NCBI GenBank assembly: GCA_028693335.1
Contig: JAQUVR010000039.1
Location: 1 to 6,138, forward strand
Length of the DNA stretch: 6,138 bases
Source: Candidatus Iainarchaeum sp.
GTDB lineage: Archaea; Iainarchaeota; Iainarchaeia; Iainarchaeales; CSSED10-239
Reading direction: 5' to 3'
Part shown: positions 1 to 5,507 of the stretch, piece after piece
How positions within the stretch are numbered: the stretch's first letter is position 1
Layout: every line of letters starts with the position of its first letter
Program-made: the position numbers and the translations under genes
The notes under the pieces: generated by a model
What the model was told of the DNA's origin: nothing
Seen by the model: only the letters and a program-made list of their open reading frames with translations
The model's database searches: none

Positions 1-3000
1 TTTCATAAGCATAGATTGCAAATCTAAATTTGCCAATTTTATCAGCACCCTCAAAAGCAGGATCTACTTCTTCTAGTGAATCATCTAAGGTTGGATAGAA
101 CTCTATTTCCTTATAGATCTGATCTCCGTTTTCTAACCTTTCATAGATCTCACTCTCTTTTGGGACTGTAAACATTATTGGTTTTTTTCCTGCTTGTTCT
201 GGCCAAATGGTTTCATTATATTTACATACAACTGTTGCAATATAACTAAAATTAATTTTATTTCTTCCTGGCCATTTTCCATTACATTTTAATTTAAATT
301 CATAATAGTCTCCATTGTCTACAGTTGTTACAACAGAATCACAATCAGAATCTGATAAAGTCTTATACTCACCTGAATCTCCATCAGATTTTCTTTCAAA
401 ATGCGTGTATACATTATATGGTTCCATAAATCCAAGGCCAGTACACTTTGGTATAGATGTATTCATATGTTTATCGGACGCTAATTTACCATTTGTGACC
501 CACACAACTTTTCTATTATAAACATAATTTTTTGAACCGGTGATATCAAAAATATTAATATAGCTTTTCTCTATATTATCATTACCAATAATTATTGTTT
601 TATTTAATCCATCTATTGGCAAATTATAAATTTCTGACACATCTAATACTTTATCAACGATATTTAGATCATAATCACTACCAATTGGCGCAACAATAAA
701 TAAAATTGATGCCGCCAATAAAACAGCACCAGCAATCATCCAACCAACACCAACAAAAACAACTAATCCTGCCAAAGCAGGGATCATACCAACTATAAAA
801 CCACCAGCAAATACCGCTGTTGCTGTACTTCCAATTAATTGAGACCAATCTTCGGTTGAATTTTTCATTTTTGATTTTTCATTAAATAACATTTTACCAA
901 TTGCACTACCATTTGGATCATTATTAATTGGATTCATAAAACTGCTAAATCCAGTATACCCAGAAACATATTCAGCATAATCCCAAGGAGTTGTATTAGT
1001 ATCTTTATTTAACAACTTAACAGTTGGACTTCTGTAAACTCCATCAGTATTCTTTGTAACCTGAATAAATGGATCTTCCATATATAACAAATCTTGAACA
1101 TTAACTTTTAATTTCTTTTCAACAGTAGCACCAGACATTGGTATTCCTTGAACACTTAATGGTTTTATTTTTACTAAAATCACATAACCACCAGGAACCT
1201 CTGGTTTAACAATTCCAACATCTTGAGATGTTTCTCCAATATTAAAAGAAACTTTGTTTTGAGAAACTCCTGTCATGTTTGTATAATTTAATGCTTGACA
1301 TCCAGCATATTCTTTATACTCTCCACAAAAAGTAACTTCAAATCTTGCTTTATCAGAACAATTGTTTTTTAGAGTAAATGTTTTTGGATCACTCATATCA
1401 TCAATTGTTTTTTCAAATGGAATTACTAATTGATTATTTATTTTTTTACCATTTTCAAAAAACTCAATACAATCTGCAATCTGTAAAACAGATATATCTG
1501 TTTTTAGAGCAATTTCTTTTGATCTATTTACATAAGTTAAACCATTATTTGTTTCTATTTGTGCATTAATATAGATCTTTGATTTAATATCTGCAAACTT
1601 AGCACCATAAGAATTATATCTTAATGTTGCTCTATAAATTCTTGGTCTTGGTTCAATATTTGTAATTATTGTTTGATAAGATCCTTCTGATAATGTTACG
1701 CTTTTATCCTCAATTCTTAAAGTATAATTACCATATCTATCTCCATCTTGAGAGATCTTTGCTCTTATATTTTTTAATGTAACCTCTTGTTCATCATTTC
1801 CTTTTGCTACACAATTATTAATAATATTAAAACTAATTTCTTGTTGACCATTGCCAGAAATTATTGTTTGCCATGTATCTGGCGCACCCTCAATAGTTAA
1901 ACAATCATCAACATCAACACCATCTCCAACAGACACTTTAATATTTGTTGGAATCTCAAAATTGAAATTTGAAGTTGAACCAACTCTTGAAACTCTTGCA
2001 GAGATTGAACCAATGACATTTATTGTTTCAAAAAGATCTGTTGTTTGAGTTGGACTTGCTTTAATTAATAATTCTTTTTCTCCATTTGCAGGAATTACAA
2101 AAGAATCATTTACAACTTGTGAATTTAGATTATTTAATGTTAGTGAAATATTTACAAACTCAGAATTTGTAAAAGAAAAATCACTTGGTAAAAATGATTT
2201 TAAAACAAGATCATAGTTTGTTTTATTTTTTAGAGTTACTCTCTCAATCTTTCCATCAACATTTGTTTTGTGAACATTTATAATTAATGGATTTTCTAAA
2301 GTAATTAATGAATTCTCTTTTCTTGCCTCAATAACATCCTCAGACACAATTATTTCTACTGGTGTTGCATAATACATTGCTTTTTGAATTTCAATAATTA
2401 TTTTTTCATTAACATATAATGCTGGCATATTTATTTGAGCAACACCCTCTTGGTTAGTTCTATATATTCCAGATGTTACTGTGTGTGTGTTATTTCCTAT
2501 TTTTTGATAAATATTAACAATACCATCAACAACAGGATTACCTTGACTATCCCTTGCAGAAACAGTTAGAACAAATGGTTCTCTTGGAACAATATTTTGT
2601 GGTTCATAATAAATATTAAATTGATATTGCTTGCTTACTCCAACAGTTATTGCCTTATCATAAACAATTGCTTGATTTGCTAATATTCTGTGATTTAATT
2701 TAGTTGTGCCTATTGATATTGGAGTCAATTCTAGATTTACGGCAAGACGATCATAAACATTTATTTGAGGAATAACTAAATAATCAGTATCCTCTGGAAT
2801 CTTGTGTCTTGGTGTTGATTGTGTTCCTCTTGTTTGATTTATTAATCCTGATAAAGAATATTTTTTTATGTCAATTGCTTGTGCAAGAATTTCAGTAGAA
2901 GAAGAACCGCTTTCAATATTTTTTATTGAAAATCTTGCTTGTGAGTAACTATTGCTTTTTGCATTTGTTATTGTGTAGTCTAACTTATAATCTTTGTTAA

Positions 3001-5398
3001 CCATTGTAGAAATATTTAAAGAAGAAGTTAGATCTTCAGATAAATTTTCAGACAAATCAATTAATTGACCAGATATACAAAAACTATCATCACAAAGTTG
3101 CTCTGCATCAATATAATATATTTTTTGCTCTCTAAAACCAGTATTGTTAGTAGAAGAATATCCTAAGTAAAAGACAGGAACTGCTTGACCTCTTGTTGCA
3201 GTTGATACTTGAACTGGAACTGTTATTTCATAAACACCATTAGGCATAGAACTATAATAAATATTTGCAAGCTTTGCTGGCGTGCCTGATGGGATTGGAG
3301 AATCATAAGCGTTTTCTGATTCATAATAGGTTATTTGTCCAAGATTTTGTGTAATTGGTCTAATAAACACAAAATCATCATTGACATTTTCAGCACCACC
3401 AATAATAAATTTAAATCCAAAGTTTACATTGTTTCCTGTATTTGGAGAAACAACTCTAAATTTAAAGTTATATTGCTTATTTTGTGATAATGATTGTACT
3501 TCTCTATCATTAGTTACATCAAAAACTCCAAGATAATCAATTATTGGCAAATTGTTTTCTTGTGATCTATAAAGTACAATTTCTTTGTTTGTTGTTTGGT
3601 TTTTTAAAATTGGTATTAAGTTTGTATAATAATCTAAATATCCTTCTTTACTTATTTTTAAATAAACAATTTTATCTGCTTTCAATTGTCTAGAATAAGT
3701 GCCAGTATTGGTAGAAGAATCAGAACCTAAAATTGTTCCATCTGAATTTATTATGGTTATTTGTGCATTTGAAACAACATCTGTATATGTGTTTTTAATT
3801 GTTAGATTAATAGTTCCATTTCCAATAATAACATTAACAGATTTATTACTATCTGTTGGAGGTGTGTGATTAAATCTTTCAGATTCTCCATCAACAACAG
3901 ATTTTCTTAATTTAATAAAGTAATTTCCTTTTGGAACATTCTCAAATGTTGCAGATCCATTATTATCTGTAAGTATTGGATCAAATCTTGCATCAATAAA
4001 TCCAGTATTGGCATCATAAATTAACAACGTTGCTCTATTAACAGATAAATTATCTTCATCTTTTGCAACAATATTTATTTTTGCAACATTACTTTCAGTT
4101 ATTTTTTCTAAAAATACAGTGTATTCATTTATATTTGGACTAATTAATCTGGAAGCGTTTATATACTTTTTTGCATTAACAACAATAGTATAATTTTTAT
4201 TATTTTCAATAACAAAATTTACTCCACCAGCAGCATATGCTCTAACATCTTTTGTTAGATTTCCATCTTCTAATATCTTAACAATAATTTCTTCTTCTAG
4301 ATCTATTATTTCTGAAGAGTTAAGTAGATCTTTTACTATGACTTTTATTTCTCTTGTAACAATAGTAGTATCAATAACATCTCCATCATTTGGATTTATG
4401 TTGTTTGCTGTTGCTGAAACTAATATAACACTTTCAGTTAATTTATCTTTTTCTACAGTTATTCTTTGCTCTGCTGATTGATATCTTCCTCTAATATCAT
4501 TAGTAGAAACAATGTATTCTCCAACTTCTAAATCTTTAAAATAAACAGCACCAAATGGTGTTTCTTTTGTTGAAACAGGATTAATTGTGTCTTCTTCTTT
4601 AAATATTCTAACTTCTATTCCATCTAAAATATTTGTTCCACTTTTAACAAATATTTTTGCTTCTCCTTTTCCTAAACTTAATTGTTCACTTAATCTATCA
4701 ATTAACAATTGATTTTGGTTTTCAGATAATAAAATATTTTGTGCAAAATAAGTACTTGATGATGCACTTGCAATAATCTTTCCACAATTAATTGGAACTT
4801 CTAAAGTTATCATTCCTTCTGTTGATTGAGAAGCTGTTGGTGTTATTACTTCATTTGTATTTTCACAAGTTATTGTAAGTGCTACATTTTCTTTTATTAA
4901 TTCTTTTGTTTGGCTATCTATTAACATTAAGCTTTTTGTATATTTTTGTGGTAACTGGTATATTTCTAATGTTATTCTGTGTTCTAATTGATTAGGATCT
5001 ATTGACACAACTGTTCTTTTATAACCAGTTCTTTCTAAAAAAAAATCATATAATTTTTTTGAATCTAATGATATTATTGCTTTACCAGTTCCATCTGTTT
5101 TTATTTCTATATCTCTATTCTCTATAACATCTTTAATTATAAATGAAAAATTAACTAATATATTTCCACTATTATCTGCTAACTTAATAACAACATCATT
5201 ATATGTTGTTTTTTCTTTTATTGATGATAATGGATTAAATATAAAAAATAAAATAATCAAAACAACTAAAATAAAAACAAAAAAAGAAGTTAATGGATTT
5301 TTTTTATCAAGAGGACCAGTTAATGATTTAATTGGTAATCTTTTATTTATTTTTTCTAAAAAGTTTTGATAGTTTTCTGCAAATTTTGACATAGCCAT
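1..5398 (-). CDS. Giant (>=1,799 aa, C-terminus beyond the window) membrane-anchored multi-beta-sandwich surface protein; putative adhesin-like; no named family recognised
   Basis: I scanned plus-strand triplets in the register 2-4, 5-7, and so on. There is no tta/cta/tca (reverse-complement TAA/TAG/TGA) anywhere from 2 to 5458. The first upstream in-frame stop is TAA at 5459-5461. The ATG at 5396-5398 lies 8 nt downstream of TAAGGATGT (5407-5415), an 8/9 match to the canonical Shine-Dalgarno UAAGGAGGU. There is no stop before position 1, so the C-terminus is outside the window. Codon bias is uniform (TTA Leu, AGA Arg, AAA Lys, CCA Pro, GTT Val). Translation starts MAMSKFAENYQNFLEKINKRLPIKSLTGPLDKKNPLTSFFVFILVVLIILFFIFNPLSSIKEK and reaches the window edge at ...GADKIGKFRFAIYAYE. 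It is absent from the supplied ORF track, apparently because it has no stop inside the window. Confidence 0.9.
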   Translation of the reverse strand, partial: MAMSKFAENYQNFLEKINKRLPIKSLTGPLDKKNPLTSFFVFILVVLIILFFIFNPLSSIKEKTTYNDVVIKLADNSGNILVNFSFIIKDVIENRDIEIKTDGTGKAIISLDSKKLYDFFLERTGYKRTVVSIDPNQLEHRITLEIYQLPQKYTKSLMLIDSQTKELIKENVALTITCENTNEVITPTASQSTEGMITLEVPINCGKIIASASSSTYFAQNILLSENQNQLLIDRLSEQLSLGKGEAKIFVKSGTNILDGIEVRIFKEEDTINPVSTKETPFGAVYFKDLEVGEYIVSTNDIRGRYQSAEQRITVEKDKLTESVILVSATANNINPNDGDVIDTTIVTREIKVIVKDLLNSSEIIDLEEEIIVKILEDGNLTKDVRAYAAGGVNFVIENNKNYTIVVNAKKYINASRLISPNINEYTVFLEKITESNVAKINIVAKDEDNLSVNRATLLIYDANTGFIDARFDPILTDNNGSATFENVPKGNYFIKLRKSVVDGESERFNHTPPTDSNKSVNVIIGNGTINLTIKNTYTDVVSNAQITIINSDGTILGSDSSTNTGTYSRQLKADKIVYLKISKEGYLDYYTNLIPILKNQTTNKEIVLYRSQENNLPIIDYLGVFDVTNDREVQSLSQNKQYNFKFRVVSPNTGNNVNFGFKFIIGGAENVNDDFVFIRPITQNLGQITYYESENAYDSPIPSGTPAKLANIYYSSMPNGVYEITVPVQVSTATRGQAVPVFYLGYSSTNNTGFREQKIYYIDAEQLCDDSFCISGQLIDLSENLSEDLTSSLNISTMVNKDYKLDYTITNAKSNSYSQARFSIKNIESGSSSTEILAQAIDIKKYSLSGLINQTRGTQSTPRHKIPEDTDYLVIPQINVYDRLAVNLELTPISIGTTKLNHRILANQAIVYDKAITVGVSKQYQFNIYYEPQNIVPREPFVLTVSARDSQGNPVVDGIVNIYQKIGNNTHTVTSGIYRTNQEGVAQINMPALYVNEKIIIEIQKAMYYATPVEIIVSEDVIEARKENSLITLENPLIINVHKTNVDGKIERVTLKNKTNYDLVLKSFLPSDFSFTNSEFVNISLTLNNLNSQVVNDSFVIPANGEKELLIKASPTQTTDLFETINVIGSISARVSRVGSTSNFNFEIPTNIKVSVGDGVDVDDCLTIEGAPDTWQTIISGNGQQEISFNIINNCVAKGNDEQEVTLKNIRAKISQDGDRYGNYTLRIEDKSVTLSEGSYQTIITNIEPRPRIYRATLRYNSYGAKFADIKSKIYINAQIETNNGLTYVNRSKEIALKTDISVLQIADCIEFFENGKKINNQLVIPFEKTIDDMSDPKTFTLKNNCSDKARFEVTFCGEYKEYAGCQALNYTNMTGVSQNKVSFNIGETSQDVGIVKPEVPGGYVILVKIKPLSVQGIPMSGATVEKKLKVNVQDLLYMEDPFIQVTKNTDGVYRSPTVKLLNKDTNTTPWDYAEYVSGYTGFSSFMNPINNDPNGSAIGKMLFNEKSKMKNSTEDWSQLIGSTATAVFAGGFIVGMIPALAGLVVFVGVGWMIAGAVLLAASILFIVAPIGSDYDLNIVDKVLDVSEIYNLPIDGLNKTIIIGNDNIEKSYINIFDITGSKNYVYNRKVVWVTNGKLASDKHMNTSIPKCTGLGFMEPYNVYTHFERKSDGDSGEYKTLSDSDCDSVVTTVDNGDYYEFKLKCNGKWPGRNKINFSYIATVVCKYNETIWPEQAGKKPIMFTVPKESEIYERLENGDQIYKEIEFYPTLDDSLEEVDPAFEGADKIGKFRFAIYAYE
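2..685 (-). other. Post-hairpin domain of the giant protein (aa 1572-1799+), four cysteines, unassigned fold, continues beyond the window
   Basis: The sequence IGSDYDLNIVDKVLDVSEIYNLPIDGLNKTIIIGNDNIEKSYINIFDITGSKNYVYNRKVVWVTNGKLASDKHMNTSIPKCTGLGFMEPYNVYTHFERKSDGDSGEYKTLSDSDCDSVVTTVDNGDYYEFKLKCNGKWPGRNKINFSYIATVVCKYNETIWPEQAGKKP... has Cys at aa 1652, 1686, 1705 and 1725. It also contains an acidic Asp/Ser-rich loop, SDGDSGEYKTLSDSDCDS. Confidence 0.5.
686..829 (-). other. Charge-free Gly/Ala-rich hydrophobic segment of ~48 aa (aa 1524-1571); probable transmembrane hairpin
   Basis: STATAVFAGGFIVGMIPALAGLVVFVGVGWMIAGAVLLAASILFIVAP contains no charged residue. It is long enough for two helices with a tight VGVGW turn and has small-xxx-small motifs such as G1533-x3-G1537. 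Acidic sequence flanks it on both sides (NSTEDWSQ upstream, GSDYDLNIVD downstream). Because of its GCN/GGN codons it is locally the most GC-rich stretch in the window. Confidence 0.65.
1079..2311 (-). other. Three consecutive ~135-150-aa modules sharing a (V/F)TLKN strand (aa ~1030-1440); CARDB/PapD/ASH-like beta-sandwich candidates
   Basis: VTLKN occurs at aa 1054-1058 (nt 2225-2239), VTLKN at aa 1206-1210 (nt 1769-1783) and FTLKN at aa 1341-1345 (nt 1364-1378). Spacing is 152 and 135 aa. Each motif sits in a context of the form 'x-(V/F)-T-L-K-N-x-(polar)3-5-hydrophobic strand', for example ERVTLKNKTNYDLVLKS and KTFTLKNNCSDKARFEVTF. That is the hallmark first-strand motif of CARDB / choice-of-anchor-D / ASH-type folds. 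Modules 2 and 3 carry 2 and 4 cysteines respectively. Confidence 0.45.
2339..2638 (-). other. Bacterial-Ig-like (Big/invasin-type) beta-sandwich module (aa ~921-1020)
   Basis: The sequence VSKQYQFNIYYEPQNIVPREPFVLTVSARDSQGNPVVDGIVNIYQKIGNNTHTVTSGIYRTNQEGVAQINMPALYVNEKIIIEIQKAMYYATPVEIIVSE contains the pattern 'x-L-T-V-S-A-x-D-x-x-G-N-P-V-x-x-x-x-V' plus 'T-N-x-x-G-V-A'. That pattern resembles Big_1-type domains. Recognised by eye only. Confidence 0.45.
3563..5209 (-). other. Tandem array of about six divergent carboxypeptidase-regulatory-like / Ig-like beta-sandwich modules (aa ~64-612)
   Basis: Units of about 70-90 aa recur. Each has alternating-hydrophobic strands, a central T-(D/N/K)-x-x-G-x-hydrophobic turn and a distal G-x-Y-hydrophobic strand. 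Examples: TDGTGKAIISL (aa 101-111); TKETPFGAVYFKDLEVGEYIVST (278-299); AGGVNFVIENNKNYTIVVNAKKY (390-412); TDNNGSATFENVPKGNYFIKL (477-497); TNTGTYSRQLKADKIVYLKISKEGY (563-587). This pattern is typical of CarboxypepD_reg-type domains. The assignment rests on motif recognition only, and there is no nucleotide-level repetition. Confidence 0.5.
5231..5293 (-). other. N-terminal signal-anchor transmembrane helix of the giant protein (aa 36-56)
   Basis: LTSFFVFILVVLIILFFIFNP is 21 uncharged, strongly hydrophobic residues. It follows a 35-aa tail containing 7 Lys/Arg (KINKRLPIKS...DKKNP). By the positive-inside rule the N-terminus is cytoplasmic and the rest of the protein is external. I see no signal-peptidase or pilin-type cleavage motif. 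Confidence 0.7.
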
Positions 5399-5406
5399 AA
5401 TTAATA

Positions 5407-5415
5407 ACATCCTTA
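5407..5415 (-). promoter_or_regulatory. Shine-Dalgarno ribosome-binding site of the giant gene
   Basis: The minus strand reads TAAGGATGT, matching UAAGGAGGU at 8 of 9 positions. An 8-nt spacer (TATTAATT) separates it from ATG 5398. The ATG embedded in this motif (5408-5410) is in frame, but it is more likely part of the SD than a start codon. Confidence 0.6.
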
Positions 5416-5416
5416 A

Positions 5417-5429
5417 ATATATATATATA
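5417..5429. repeat. (AT)6A dinucleotide repeat between the promoter candidate and the SD
   Basis: atatatatatata is read directly at 5417-5429, which is 19-31 nt upstream of ATG 5398. Confidence 0.8.
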
Positions 5430-5444
5430 ATTTTTAAAGATAAA

Positions 5445-5473
5445 AAGATATTTAAAGGTTACTAATCAATCAA
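5445..5473 (-). promoter_or_regulatory. Candidate promoter of the giant gene (readable as bacterial -35/-10 or as an archaeal TATA box)
   Basis: The minus strand reads TTGATT (5468-5473), a 17-nt spacer, then TATCTT (5445-5450), which resembles a sigma70-type promoter. The same stretch contains TTTAAATA (5449-5456), matching the archaeal TATA consensus TTTAWATA. That box would place a transcription start near 5424-5428, upstream of the SD. I cannot tell which model applies, and AT-rich spacers produce such matches easily. Confidence 0.35.
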
Positions 5474-5477
5474 AGTT

Positions 5478-5507
5478 AAAAAATTAAGAAATAGAAAAAA
5501 AAAGAAA
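5478..5507 (-). terminator. T-tract terminator candidate for the upstream gene (no convincing hairpin)
   Basis: Directly after the TAA stop, the minus strand reads TTTCTTTTTTTTTCTATTTCTTAATTTTTT, which contains a T9 run and a T6 run. I could not find a GC-containing stem. The signal therefore looks more like archaeal oligo-T termination than a classical bacterial intrinsic terminator. Confidence 0.35.

Noticed and set aside
315-521. Track ORF, + strand, 68 aa (MSTVVTTESQSESDK...)
   Set aside because: It lies entirely antisense to the 5.4-kb minus-strand frame. It has no SD and an odd Ser/Thr/Val composition typical of the shadow frame of an Asp/Ser/Glu-rich sense region. I treat it as a shadow ORF.
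686-829. Hydrophobic segment as a C-terminal sorting signal (PGF-CTERM, LPXTG or another sortase/archaeosortase anchor)
   Set aside because: It is not C-terminal, since at least 226 residues follow it. No LPXTG or PGF motif precedes it, no basic tail follows it, and at about 48 residues it is twice the length of a single anchor helix.
1378-1569. Track ORF, + strand, 63 aa (MFLDHSYHQLFFQ...)
   Set aside because: It is antisense to the giant gene. Its Phe/Leu/Tyr/His-rich low-complexity translation is what the reverse complement of Lys/Asn/Glu/Ile codons produces. There is no start context.
1851-2048. Track ORF, + strand, 65 aa (MPEIIVCHVSGAPS...)
   Set aside because: It is antisense to the giant gene, with no RBS. 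Its 65 codons are negligible next to an overlapping open frame of 1,799 codons.
2480-2490. (TG)5T microsatellite in the coding sequence (encodes N-T-H-T-V)
   Set aside because: With only about 5 units it is too short to be a credible slippage site. It is most simply a chance run of ACA/CAC codons.
1-5398. High number of N-x-S/T sequons (about two dozen by my manual count) as evidence for a heavily N-glycosylated archaeal surface protein
   Set aside because: The protein is very rich in Asn, Ser and Thr. A rough composition-based expectation gives about the same number, so there is no demonstrable enrichment.
5408-5410. Upstream in-frame ATG that would give MLLIMAMSKF... as the N-terminus
   Set aside because: This ATG sits inside the TAAGGATGT Shine-Dalgarno match and has no RBS of its own. 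ATG 5398 has ideal 8-nt spacing. ATG 5392 (M3) remains a minor alternative.
5399-5507. Giant-virus (Mimiviridae-type) origin suggested by AT richness and the short spacer
   Set aside because: The AAAATTGA early-promoter octamer is absent from the spacer. No hairpin termination signal is apparent. The near-perfect SD in front of the start argues for prokaryotic translation. A viral origin is not formally excluded.
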